Positions 13,828 to 28,530 are shown, counted from the stretch's first letter. The stretch is 64,000 bases of DNA from Eledone cirrhosa (GCA_964016885.1 OZ024742.1:307892001-307956000); one strand, 5' to 3'. Notes: generated by a model not told the origin, from the sequence alone. Made by a program: numbers and translations.

Positions 13828-14673
13828 TATATATATATATATATATATAAATATACATATATATATATATATATAAATATATGTCCTTAGAATCATTTGA
13901 TAAGATATATACTCAATTTCCTCTCCCATTTAGCATAATCAACCACACGAAAAACCAATTAAACCAGGCTATAAGATTAAAAGGCACCTGTGGTTCAATA
14001 CAAAAATGTGGTTCAATACAAAAATATAGAACAATTATATGAAAGACGTAAAATAAGAAAATTATAATAATTAACTTACTTACTTAAGTTTCACTCCAAC
14101 TAATTAGTTTCTGAAAGGGGATATACATAGTGTTCAAAACCATGGAGAATTCCTTTCTTCATCGGGGAATCAATTCTCTGCTAAGATCCCTGGCGATAGG
14201 CGGAAACAGGGATCTCAAACAAAAATAATTCAGTGAAGGGAAAAGAACCAAGCGCAGACTAAATTTCAAGACACTGAAAATGTTACTATCTTCGCGGTCA
14301 GTGGCAAATTCAAAAGAATCAATCACGTGACACCGAGGTTAATCAGTGATGAGTGGGGTGTTAAAAAGACAGTAGCCAAAATATTACTATGAATCATAGC
14401 AGTAATTCAGGCAAATTTTTGCTCAACAAATAATTTGGAGATAATTATAAAGAATTAGTATATCTACCAACATATTTATACAGAAGTATACTTATGCTAG
14501 CAAGGTATAGGTTTTGTCTTAGTAACTTTGTGGTTCAATACAAAAATGTAGAACAATTATATGAAAGACGTAAAATAAGAAAATTATTCTGGTGAGATAA
14601 GAAAAAAAGAATTAGTTCCATTGTCATGAAATGTCTTGTACACAATGTCTACGTTCTTGATGTCCGCATACAC

Positions 14674-15333
<660 letters not shown>

Positions 15334-15335
<2 letters not shown>

Positions 15336-15718
15336 TTGTTATACTTGGGGAGGATCATATTTGTATAATAATATTGCCAGAATTAATAACAAAACACACT
15401 CACATACAATGCAACGGGAGGAAACATAATAGCACCACTGACGATGTTGCAGATGTGCAACGAAAGAACTTTGATTGACTATATATATGTGTTTGTGTCT
15501 ATATTGTATCTGTATTTTTGACCGTTGGTCAGTCAATGGTAACATTGAGGACCGAATAAATTAAATTAACCGATATAAAGGACACAGAAGCGAAAACCAA
15601 CCAAACAGTGAGTGTGTTCTGTTATTAATTCTGGCAATATTACACAAATATGATCCTCCCAAGTATAACAATATTTGTTTCGACACACGATTTCATATCA
15701 AAAACCTCGCAAAACTAT
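15334..15718 (+). mobile_element. Short Penelope-type pLTR element with an inverted copy of its 3' end at the left border
   Basis: 15334-15402 is the reverse complement of 15608-15673; contains an HHR; same family as 48422-49066. Confidence 0.75.
15429..15482 (+). ncRNA. Minimal type I hammerhead ribozyme motif
   Basis: CTGACGA-t-gttgca(gatg)tgcaac-GAAA-gaac-TT; stem I is bulged. Confidence 0.7.
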
Positions 15719-15786
15719 ATAAGCAGCGATTCTTTGCTTAAACTTTAATCTGTTATTTTAATAAATATATATATATATATATATAT

Positions 15787-16012
15787 GACGAAGGAGTTGT
15801 GGTAAGGAACCACATGGACCATAACGTACCAGAGTACTCAATACTTAGGGTAGTAGAGTGGGTAATAAGAGAACGTATGACAGACGGCAGAGCTCAAGCA
15901 GTTTCGACGGCTATTTCTGGACTAATGTCAACCAAATCTTGTCTTTAGTCCAGAAATAGCCGTCGAAACGGCTTGATCTCTGCCGTCGGGGTCATACTTT
16001 CTCCTATCTCTC
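15787..16012. mobile_element. Fold-back insertion carrying the 3' half of an HHR
   Basis: Inverted arms around ~15930; right arm reads GAAA-cggc(ttgatctct)gccg-TC; left part recurs at 32475-32535. Confidence 0.6.
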
Positions 16013-16132
<120 letters not shown>

Positions 16133-16142
16133 AACCTAATTG

Positions 16143-16322
16143 AAAACAGAAGGATACAAATTAAATCAAGCGTTATGTCGTTTAACGTCTGCAATTTTCT
16201 TTGCACCAAACCTCAACAAATAGAAGTATGAATATATATATATATATATATACGGATGGAGAGAGGGAGAGAGAGAGAGAGGGGGAGAAAGAGAGAGAGA
16301 GTGAGTGAGGGAGAGAGTGAGT

Positions 16323-16357
<35 letters not shown>

Positions 16358-16457
16358 CTAGAGAGAGAGAGGGTCTGTCGAAAACTCAAAAGAAAAACAA
16401 AAACGTTAATTGAAAACAAATCGTTAACAGAGATGATGCAAATTAAATATATATATA

Positions 16458-16550
<93 letters not shown>

Positions 16551-16638
16551 CATACTTCTATATGTTGAGGTTTGGTGCAAAGAAAATTGCAGACGTTAAA
16601 CGACATAACGCTTGATTTAATTTGTATCATTCTGTTTT

Positions 16639-16639
<1 letters not shown>
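16143..16639. repeat. ~95 bp inverted repeat enclosing (GA)n and (TA)n tracts
   Basis: 16143-16235 versus the reverse complement at 16545-16639. Confidence 0.85.
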
Positions 16640-16702
<63 letters not shown>

Positions 16703-17201
16703 AAAACCCCCTTCGATCACGAAAATGGCTATGGGATCTGCACCTAGAACGTTTCCCTCCATGGCTCAAATCCGTCAAGGTTGTTTGTGGAAGACCAGCA
16801 GTCGCCGATGCACACCAGTTTCCCCTCTCCACGCCACCGATATTGTCCAAGTCATACGTCAATAAAGCCTTGGCAGAGAGATAGAGGGGGGACTGTAGAA
16901 AGTCCAAAAATCGTAAACAGGATACATAACCGCAAATAGTTAAGGCGGCACATGCAAGGTAGAATGGTGAAGACACGTTTTATTCTATCTCGACCCCCCG
17001 CAGCCAAAAATAATCTATTCTGTCCTTTATGAATGATCGATTTATATAGAAACAGGCAAGGAAGTGACGGTAATTATGCATAACTATTTAGCGTTGCTAC
17101 GTGTTGCTAGATTATATTTAGCTGTGAAAAAATTGCCTTATCTAACACGCGCACGTGTACAATCCTGGATGTGTAAATAGTTAAAACCTCTAAGGCTTAG
17201 G

Positions 17202-17249
<48 letters not shown>

Positions 17250-17298
17250 AACACACACACATACGCACACGCGCACACACATACACAGACGCCCACAT

Positions 17299-17385
<87 letters not shown>

Positions 17386-17600
17386 GTTAAGTATTTTCGT
17401 AGAAAAGATAAAGGAAAGAAGAGTGCTCTATGTATTGAACAGAGCTATTCTATTACATAATAAATAACACAATATAATTATTTCATTACCGAAGATTACA
17501 AGAAACTAAATGATTCTTGTATGAAAACTTCCAGCTCGTTTTCAGCTCGATATCACTTTCAAAATTATATTGTGTTGTTTAATATGTAATTAATATGTAA

Positions 17601-17667
<67 letters not shown>

Positions 17668-17982
17668 AACAACGAACAGCGGAGGACACGTTTCGCACAT
17701 TTCCGGCAGACAACCTTTCCTGCACCCCGGAAAAACCCCCAGTTGATGGATGTGAATCCGAAATATATGGGGACAATTAAATCTCTCCCAAGGTAATTCT
17801 CTCTCGTGTTGTTATTTTTATTTTTATCCTTTACGCTCTTTATCTCATTCCTGTACACGTCTTATATACGCCACGCATTTCAACGTACACCCACTTACAT
17901 CTCTCTCTCCATCACCGGATCTTGTTACCCGAAGATTTACCCATTTGCATTATCGAGGCTTCCAAACGACTTAGAGAAATTT

Positions 17983-18047
<65 letters not shown>

Positions 18048-18852
18048 CTGTGTGTGTGTGTGTGTGTTTATATATATATTCGTTGTGTTTAGGAATCTGC
18101 TACGATGTTGTTGGGACTAAATTTCTGGCAACAAACTCGGGGTAAAATTCTGAGAAGGGAGATTGAATGGCGCAGTGGAAGAGAAAAGGAAATAAAACTA
18201 ACGGAAATATGTATTGCTCTTTATATGTCGGATGTACAACAGACCTGTCAACTCTTCGCGTCCGATGGGGAGATGTCTTTTCGGCTCATTTCTCCCCGTC
18301 TTCCCCTTTTTACAAAAAGGGGTATAGCTTGGCAGGTCTTGTACTATGCATTGTCATGTGTGTCCAAACGAAACTTTGAATGTTGTAGATGGCTTTCTGT
18401 GCCTTCACCTTTGATGGATTGTCTCACGGATATTCGCACGTGCGGTTTTGACAGGGGCTAGAAATCAATTACCAGCCAGTAAAGATATGGAAGTAGTTTG
18501 TATGTCAAATTGTGATGAATTTCAATCGTTGTGGGAATATAAAAAAAATGTGTAGGCTCGTGTGTGACGGATACGAATAGATTTCACAGCTTCACAAACA
18601 TACTGAAGTATGAAATCTATTTTTCATCTGAATATTTTTCTTCTCGTAGATTGCACTTATTAACCATTTGTTAGGCATTTTAAAATGCGTTTCCTCACAA
18701 TTCACTAAAAATTGATTTAACCATCAGCGAGAACACGGAAACCAAAGCTATTTATAGAATCGTGCACTAATGGTAAATGTTATTATTATTGTTTTTATTT
18801 TTGTAACAGCTGTACTTTCTTCTGTCTATTCTTTGCACCCCCTCTCTCTCTT

Positions 18853-18939
<87 letters not shown>

Positions 18940-19043
18940 CATTACGAACACCGGTTTTTAGACACTCCAGACTAATGAAACATTTGTTAATACTTTGAAT
19001 AAACCCTATTGTACAGCCGATCCATTTACTATACACACACACA

Positions 19044-19122
<79 letters not shown>

Positions 19123-20319
19123 TTCATATAGAAATGTCTATAGGACTGGAACTGTTTCGTTCGTTCATATGAATTGAATATGTTACTTTTCTACTAATGC
19201 ATTAATAATATCTTATTTAACTGTGGACTGTGGGTCACTTCAATTGTCCTCTTTGGAACACCATTCTGAATTATTGTAAACCAAAACACTTCGCCACACA
19301 ATTCTGAAACTTCTTTACAATGGTGTATCAAGTTTTGATATGTAACATATCAATAATCTATCAGATGAATCCACATCACATATTTTTGTAAAAGAACAAA
19401 TTCAAACAAATGGGTATTATAATGTTATCGATTTTTTTATTGTATTAGTTGGACATATTCATGTATATAAGTGTTTATTCGTTTGCTTTAAACTAGCATT
19501 TTATTTAGCATTATATTGTTAATGGCTGAATCAAAGGGTGAAGCATAGCGACTGTGACACTTTTTCAAAGCATTCTGTTGAAGGAACGAGAGGTGGGATG
19601 TATCCGCACACCACAGATCTTGTCCAAATGTTTGCATCTAAGTGGATGGCAGCAAAAGCACGCTACGTTAGGCGGTGGCATTGATTAGAACTACATGTTA
19701 TAATCAAAACAAGCAACATTTCATGCAACAGTCGCCTGAAAAGGTTACAATCTATCAAATTTAGCTTGAACTAGCATCTTTTATTATAATTGGGGTTATA
19801 TTAAAAGATACTAGTTCAAGCAGCCGTGGATTGGAATCGATATCAGAAACCTGTAGTTATAAAGAATCCTTTTAATCATACGTCTATGCCTGGTATCAAG
19901 CAAAGTGACAAAAGGTGGTGAATTTTGATGTTAACGATTGTATTTGACACTCTGTTTATGTATTTTGATAGAGCGTTTGGGAGAGGGAGAGAAAGAAATA
20001 GAGAAAGAGGATATACATCAAATTATATATTTACAATATCGATGTTGTCTTCTATGAGGTTTTCTACAGATATTTGAGATGTGTGAAATTCAAGTAAAGT
20101 GTCCATGATCCTTTTTAAAAAATTGTTTCCAAACTAGGCTAACTGAAATGCTTGATGCAGAAAAGGAAAACATATAAGTATAGCAAATTTGGCGAACAGG
20201 GAATATTGATTAATGCCTCATAGCATTGGTCATACTACAAATTTCTCTGATTTGAGAAGCCAGTTAGGAACCCATACCATAGCCACATCTAAGGAAAAGG
20301 CCAGCAATATTTAGGAAGG

Positions 20320-20665
20320 AGAAAAGTGGATTATATAGACAACAGTGCTTAACTCATACGTTATTTTATCAACCATAGAAGGATAAAAGGCAAAGCTGAC
20401 ATATTTGGGATTCTAACTCAGAAATAAAGAGCTTAAACAAATAAAGCAAAGCATTTGTCCGACGCTCTAAATATTCTTCCAATCCACAACAATCGAAAAC
20501 ATTAAATAATGATTACTAATTCAAGCACAAGGCCAACAATTTGTGAGAGGGTGGAAGTCGATTTCCTCGACACCAGTACTTAACTGGTACTTATTTTATC
20601 GACCCCAAAATGATGATAAGCAAAGTTGACTTCAGCGTGATGTGAACTCAGAATGTAAAGAGCCA
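20320..20665 (-). mobile_element. Two older, diverged SINE family A-related copies
   Basis: ttattttatc(g)ac..aaggata..aaggcaaag..gac..gaactcagaa motifs. Confidence 0.7.
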
Positions 20666-21235
20666 GGATGGCACACCAAAAAAGGAAATATCAGATATAG
20701 GGAGGCGAAAAGAATTAAGTTTATTGCTAAAAGACATTTCATTCTATCAAGACTGACTTAATGCTAAACATCAACAGCAGTGATAAGGGTAATATGTGTA
20801 ATAAACACATAGTAAAATTAGTTCATTACTTCAATAAATATCTTTATTAGTGTGTCACTTATTCTCACGAAAGTAGTGTTATTTTATGGTTTAGATTATA
20901 AAAACAATATAGATATTTTTCAAAATGATTTTGTTTTGTGTTTTACAATTACATTAAAATCATATGTTTTAATTCAGCCTGACAAATATCTCTTTACATT
21001 GCAATATTAAAAGTAAAAGCCTGAAAACACAAAAAAGGAATTAAAGAAAAGAAAAAAATCAATATTAGTAAATTATAAAATTAATTACTTAAGTCTAACA
21101 AAATAATTGGAATACAATATAAATATCTGTTGTTATTAGAAATCTGAAAAGGCGCTATATCTCTAAGCAAACATGAATTCAGGAAGTAATATTAAAATAT
21201 TGATAGGTATTATATATATATATATATATATATAT

Positions 21236-21237
<2 letters not shown>

Positions 21238-21269
<32 letters not shown>

Positions 21270-21520
21270 CCGTTTAACGTCCATTTTCCCACGCTACCAT
21301 TGGTTAGACGAGTTGTTCTGTTCTGATAAATACCAGGTCAGATGACCATGTCTTGCTCATACAGGACTGATTTGGGCTTCGTTTCTACAGATGGATGCCC
21401 TTCCTAACGCCAACCACATTTACAGTCAATACTGGGTGCTTTTTGTCGTGTCACCATCACGACCACTTTACAGAGTGGGGTGGGCGAGTTTTGTCGTTTC
21501 GCCACCACAAACAGTTTACT
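21238..21520 (-). mobile_element. RTE-related SINE fragment with (ATG)n tail
   Basis: Reverse complement GGTTGGCGTTAGGAAGGGCATCC..GTAGAAA (RTE 5'-derived SINE body) and ggacgttaaacg followed by (atg)n. Confidence 0.65.
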
Positions 21521-22222
21521 TTGTGAGCTGGGAGTTTCACTAGATATATGCTTCAGCTTGTCTTCATATATCATACATACATCATACATACATACATAAA
21601 AATATACTTATAAATCTGTACATAAAGAAATGTAGAGGTTTTGTGCGATGAAACTATTATTCTTCTTATTATGATATCACAATTAGTTGTATTGTCACGA
21701 TGGCAATAAATACTGAAAAGACTGAAGTTATTGCTAATGTGGTTATATATCTATATCTATATATCTATATGTATTGAAAATTGCAAACTTGGCTGTCACC
21801 ACTGAATATGAACCTGAAGATTGCGAAAGCATGAAAGTACTTGTTCAATTAACATTTAACATTTAATATTCTACCATACTATTTCATTATAATATCATTA
21901 TATATTTTAAAGGATTGTAAATAAAACGAGTAAATCAGACAAAGTTGGAATTCCTTTTATATATATATAAAATGAAATTTCATTTCTCACTCTTAGTACG
22001 GCTGATACTTAAATATAAGTATGTATACGTACATACATATATGTATACAGACATACAGTAGTATGTATATACATACATACATGTACACATATATATATGT
22101 ACGTATGGGTTTACCGAACATTTATTATAATGCTCGGTTTGTTTGTAAACAAACAGTCTGAATTATTAGCCGTACAGTGTTCGGCAACCATCGTTGCCAT
22201 TTTTTACAACACTGACCAAGGA

Positions 22223-22265
22223 ACGATGAACTAGTTTCAAGCTTATTAGCTGTCATCAGCACCGT
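22223..22265 (-). ncRNA. Minimal type I hammerhead ribozyme with palindromic loop III
   Basis: acggtg-CTGATGA-c-agct(aata)agct-t-GAAA-ctag-TT-catcgt. Confidence 0.85.
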
Positions 22266-22692
22266 ATACCTTCCTGTCAGTCGATTGAACGTTTGAAAGT
22301 ATATACTTTCTTTATGCATATTAACGGCTGAGCAGCCGAATTTGCATATCGAGTGAGTTAGTCGGCCGGGCGTATCGAAAACGATAAATGGAAAAAATGA
22401 AATTTCATTTCTCACTCTTAGTACGGCTGATACTTAAATATAAGTATGTATACGTACATACATATATGTATACAGACGTACAGTAATATGTATATACATA
22501 TCGTTTTCGGTACGCCCGCCCGACTAACTGTGTATACATATATGTATGTACGTATACATACTTATATTTATATATATATATATAATGTATAATAAACAAT
22601 ACAATATAATTACCTGTAAACAAACAGCCCGAATTAAGCCGTACAGTGTTAGGCAACCATCGTTGCTCTTTTGTTCAACACTGACAAAGGAA

Positions 22693-22733
22693 GGCTGAAC
22701 TAGTTTCTAGCTTATTAGCTGTCATCAGCACCG
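22693..22733 (-). ncRNA. Second HHR copy, stem I weakened
   Basis: cggtg-CTGATGA-cagctaataagcta-GAAA-ctag-TT-cagcc. Confidence 0.7.
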
Positions 22734-23281
22734 TATACCCTCCTGTCAGTTGATTGAACGTTTGAAAGTATATACTTTCCTTATGCATATTAACGGCTGA
22801 GCAGTCTAATTAGGCTGCTCAGCCGTATATGTATTTATACACACATATATATATGAGATAGATAGATAGACTCGCTGATATGGTGAATGATCTCTTTGAC
22901 ACACACACACACACACAACACGCACAGATATATATTTATAAATGTGTCTTTATCTGTATATTTCTGACCACCTCATATTCCATCAATGACTACGAAAATG
23001 AATTGCGTATTTGATAGTCTCTCACCGATTGTCTAGCATCTGATGACGTACGCTAACCATAGAAATAAATATTACGTAATTGTGCAACATTTAAAAAATA
23101 CACTGGAATCCACCCATATATTTTCATTGAAGTATTTAACTCCGTTCCTCTGCCAACCACGTGATAACACATCTTTGGTGGATAATACACATAACGTCGA
23201 GTGTGCTTGCTTATTGCATCACAGGATGTTAATCACAATGTCTGGATCCACCCATTATTTAAACCAGCCAACATAGACGGA

Positions 23282-23339
<58 letters not shown>

Positions 23340-23346
<7 letters not shown>

Positions 23347-24075
23347 AGGATTTGATGCGGGAGGTTGAGACTGTGTCGATGAGTGTGGGGCTGAGAATGA
23401 ATGAGACTAAAACAAAATATCTGGTAGAGAATGTTGAGAAGCCAGAGGGGATCACTAATGTAGGCGGGAAGCCGCTGGAATTGGTTGAGGACTTCCTGTA
23501 TTTGGGAGCAAAGATTGGGAATACGGAAGATGATGTGGTTGAGAGGAAGAGCAAGGCCTGGGCGGCGTGCCACAGCTTGAGATCGGTGTGGAAGTCGGAC
23601 TTTCATAAAGACCTGAAAATCCGCCTTTTCATTGCTGTAGTGGAGTCTGTGCTGCTGTATGAGTCTGAGACTTGGACACTGACCAAGAAACTCACTCAGA
23701 TGGTGGATGGATGCTACACGAGAATGCTGAGGATGGCTCTGAACATTAATCAGTATACACTGAGGATGAAAAACTCAGAGCTGTATGGGAGCATCCCAAG
23801 AGTCAGCTCAAAAGTGACACAGAGGAGACTGAGGTTAGCTGGACATGCTCACCGACATCCAGAGTTGACATTGCACTCAGTACTCGTTTGGGAGCCCCTA
23901 CATGGACACACTAGAAGAGGAAGACCAAGGTTAACGTATGTTGATGCCCTAAGGACAGACACTGGTCTGTTGGAGACGCAGGAGATGACAGCGATAATGA
24001 GGGACAGAGACCGCTGGAGAGAACTCGTCCATGGATCGGGGGAATTTTACCCGCCTTAGATAGATTGATAGATAT
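23340..24075 (+). mobile_element. 5'-truncated RTE-clade LINE (ORF 23340-24059)
   Basis: GLRMNETKTK, DFLYLG, ESVLLYESETW, RRLRLAGH, RGRP, DRDRWR; (GATA)-type tail. Confidence 0.88.
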
Positions 24076-24170
24076 ATGAGGATGTAAACACACGCACACA
24101 TGCAAAGAAACACACACAAGACACATATACATATATGTGAGTGCACATATAGTCACACACACTTATACAC

Positions 24171-24240
<70 letters not shown>

Positions 24241-24720
24241 GTGTATAAGTGTGTATGACTATATGTGCACAGATGCACTCCCGACATACACTCACATACA
24301 TTTATATGTGTCATGTGTGTGTTTCTTTACATGTGTGCGTGTGTTTACGTCCTCAGATAGATATATTTGGTAAAACAGACAAACATGGAAACCGAACTTA
24401 TGAAACCAATACACTGGACGTCCTCTGACGATATGTTAGTGCACCATCATTACGACAATATTTTCTTGAACATTCTGACGAATATACTGTGTCATCATTA
24501 GTTATTGTTTATATATTTACTTTGGCGTCGATTAATGCCAAAGTAACCAAGTGTTTACAATAGCTGCTATATAGATTGACTCCGAGAACATTGACAAACG
24601 ACAGCGCAATATTTGAACATTAAAATAGTCGCCATATCCTCAATGAAATTGTTTGGTTTAGCTTAAAGATGAATCACTTGCCAACCAAATGACAACATTA
24701 TATATATACGTACACGCACG

Positions 24721-24766
<46 letters not shown>

Positions 24767-24802
24767 AATATATGCTAGCTCATAAATGAAGATCAATTCC
24801 TT

Positions 24803-26378
24803 AACCAAAATCAACATACTGATTGCGGATTTGGTATGGTATGTTGATTTTGGTATGATATAAACATCGTAGTTAAGACACCCCCACTAGAGAACAGTCA
24901 GGAACTAGAGAAAAACACAATGGAAAGCATCCAGCAAATAGCAAACTCCATCCACCAGAGCATTAGAGTTACTATAGACTACCCAAGTAAACACCCAACC
25001 ATCGATTACCTGTACTAGATACAGAGCTCTGGTTAGATACCATTAACAACAAAAAACAAATCCTCCATTCCCATTATGCCAAACCCATGACTTCCAAACA
25101 TCTGATCCACCGAAACTCGGCCGTTTCGGACCATACCAAAATCAACATACTGATTGGGGATTTTGTACGGGTGATGAGAAATGTGTCCCGCATATGCAAC
25201 CTCGAAGAACTAGAGAGACACATACAACACTTCATCCACCGTATGCAGTTCTCTGGCTACAATCAGAGAGATAAAATCAGAGTGTATAGAGGAGCCAGAA
25301 CCAAATGGGAAAAAATGGTAAATAATGACATAAATGGGACCTGCCCCTTGTATAGGAGCACATTTTGGAATAGAATAGAAAGAACTAGGAACAAGGCTAA
25401 TAGAATAAACTCATGGTATGATAGCAATAAATACCAGAGTGTAATGTTCATCGATACAACCCCTAGAGGTGAATTAGCTTACAAATTTAGAAGGGCCCTA
25501 AATAAACATAAACTCAATATTAAGATAGTAGAAAGACCAGGTACCTCCGTAAAAACACTTATTAGCAAGACATACTCTTTTCAAAGACCCTCATGTATAG
25601 ATAAGAAATGTATAACCTGTAAAATAAGCCCCCATATTAACTGTAAAACTAGAAATGTAGTGTATAGCATAAGATGTACTGAAGGACAATGTAGAGACAA
25701 AAATATAGTATACATAGGTGAGACAGCTCGTAGTGTAGGGGAACGGATAAATGAACACTGGCGAGACCTTCAAGATAATAAAGAATCATCTGTACTCTAC
25801 CAACATGCTAAAATAGAACACAAGAGTAAATTAGAGAACATAGAAATAAAAATAGAATCTACACACAGAAAAGACGCAATGTTTAGACAAATTACAGAGG
25901 CAATAAACATAAAAGAATTACAACCAAAATTAAATAGAAAATATGAGTGGAACAGCAACATCACAACTTACAATTAAGGACAAAATGAAAACACACACAC
26001 ACATAGAACAAACAACCAACCAGTAACATGTAAATAAACAAATAAATAAATGAACATAAACACACACAGACACCCGGATGTGGCGCATGCGCAGACTGAG
26101 CACACAACACACACACAGAAACAAAATGGCGTAGGACAGAACAAAGGAGAGGCACAGAAACAAAGAAAGGAATCCCCAGTCACTGAAGAGGTCACAGAGT
26201 GTGTGACGAAAGAACTATGACTATATATAAACAACTATCTGGTTGTGGAACCAACCAACCAACCAGAAATTTATAAATTTATAAATTTATAAATTTATAA
26301 ATATATAATAAATTGAAGTGAAAGCAACTGGTGCATGTGTTTCTTATTGGCAACATGACCCTCCCAAAGTATAACAAT
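24803..26378 (+). mobile_element. 5'-truncated Penelope-like element A: RT thumb plus GIY-YIG endonuclease (ORF 25087-25977) and 3' pLTR
   Basis: IANSIH..RLPVLD..HYAKP; linker CxxxxCxxC; NVVYSIRC..YIGETAR..ERINEH..RQITEA..LN; HHR downstream; ends in (TA)n. Confidence 0.9.
26178..26222 (+). ncRNA. Minimal type I HHR in the 3' pLTR of Penelope element A
   Basis: agtca-CTGAAGA-g-gtcaca(gagtg)tgtgac-GAAA-gaac-TA-tgact. Confidence 0.82.
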
Positions 26379-26486
26379 ATATATATATATATATACATAG
26401 TAATAATAATAAACGTGAAGACTAAAATCCAAAGAGGGCTCGATGAGGATAAATATATATAAAATATATAAGATGTCTAGCGTAAA

Positions 26487-26632
26487 TATTTATTAAAATA
26501 ACAGATTAAAGTTTTTATGCACAGAATCGCTGCTTTCAACCTTAAAGAGATCATCTGAAACTAGTTTCAGAAGATCCCGATAAGGGTGAAAGCAGCGATT
26601 CTTTGCTTAAACTTTAATCTGTTATTTTAATA
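26487..26632. mobile_element. Palindromic element made of two back-to-back HHR-like motifs (26510-26562 minus, 26563-26613 plus)
   Basis: Right arm agttt-CAGAAGA-tccc(gataa)gggt-GAAA-gca..tgc-TT-aaact; centre CTGAAACTAGTTTCAG. Confidence 0.65.
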
Positions 26633-27474
26633 TATATATATATATATATATGTACAAATATATATATAAAGAAAGAGAGAGAGATAGATATACATACATA
26701 AGGAGAGAGTGTAATAGAGCATTAGAGATACATAACAATTTTCTGTTTCATTTAGTCCAACGTATCTATCTATATCTATATTATCGAAAACTACGTGCGG
26801 GAATCAATATCCAAATTTATACACATTTTGAGTATAATATATCTTATTTGAAATACAATGGGTGGTACAATCGAAAATTAGCAAACGAGTCACATTTTAA
26901 AATAAATATCCCTTACTTCAGCTAGAATTTCAGCATTGAAGCCCCCTGTTCCGCCAGAGATATCTTAAGAAAGGTCGGGATTTAGTTCGTAAATATTCGG
27001 CTTTCGTTCGGAAGAATGCCGCGCTGTGATTGGAATACATCAGCGAAGATAAGCTTCCAATCAATGAAAATATTCAGCTAATTTCACGTTACGCGAAGCA
27101 AGAACCTGAATAATAATTCGCGACAAAACAAAGCTGGCAATATTCCCTGCTTTGTTAGTGTCATGGGATGTGGGAAGATGCTAAAACCACCTTATTGGTT
27201 TGTAGATATTTAAGCAGAGAAATATGTATTCAGCAACAATATCAAACCGTCATTCAATATAGATTTAAACTGAGGCGAGGATTATATATATCAACATTAG
27301 TCGATTGATATATTGTACCAGATCTCGCCTAAGTATAACAAACAAAACAGAGATCGTTTAGTGCAATATATATGTTAAAATGTATTTACACATATGCATA
27401 CATATTGCTCTGATCGATCGACAAGATCCCATATATATATATATAATTATGTAATAAACAACATAAAATGATTA

Positions 27475-27534
27475 TTTCATTTACCAGTGGTTTCTTGAAA
27501 GCAAATAAATTTACTTTCAGTCGTCAGAATGAAA
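27475..27534 (-). ncRNA. Type I HHR
   Basis: tttcatt-CTGACGA-c-tgaaagtaaat(tt)atttgctttca-a-GAAA-cc(act)gg-TA-aatgaaa. Confidence 0.85.
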
Positions 27535-27726
27535 AAAACCCTGTGTTTTTATTAAATGTGGATATGAAAACAAAAATATACGAAATATTTCGAGATATAC
27601 GAAATAATTGTTTCTACTTTTGGCACAAGGCCAGCAATTACCCAGTGCATTACATATACGAAATAATACAAGATATTTCGTATATTTTTGTTTTCATATC
27701 CACATTTAATAAAAACACAGGGTTTT

Positions 27727-27782
27727 TTTCATTCTGACGACTGAAAGCAGATTTATTTGCTTTCAAGAAACCACTGGTAAAT
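27727..27782 (+). ncRNA. Type I HHR in the right arm; stem I shortened by a deletion
   Basis: att-CTGACGA-ctgaaagca..tgctttcaa-GAAA-ccactgg-TA-aat. Confidence 0.7.
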
Positions 27783-27860
27783 TATGTTTATTACATAACT
27801 AATAAGCTCTGTAACCTACATAGAGCACTCTTTTTTCCTGTAACTTTCCGACGAAATTAC

Positions 27861-27972
<112 letters not shown>

Positions 27973-27995
27973 CACACACATATATATATATATAT

Positions 27996-28424
<429 letters not shown>

Positions 28425-28530
28425 ACCAAAAGTTACAGATAAAATATATAAATTGATGTATGACATACCTCAATTGCCAAGACTGGAATTGAACCATCAG
28501 CACAGTTGAGGTATGTCATACATCAATTTA

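Larger units (their letters stand above)
21968..22826 (-). repeat. Tandem ~430-470 bp non-coding units, each with an HHR, ending in a hairpin
   Basis: 21968-22336 is repeated at 22396-22804; terminal hairpin acggctgagcagtctaattaggctgctcagccgt at 22793-22826. Confidence 0.85.

Noticed and set aside
17480-17740. HHR-like pieces (CCGAAGA..GAAA on plus; GAAA-cgtg-TC on minus)
   Set aside because: Stem I or the core cannot be completed; too degenerate to call
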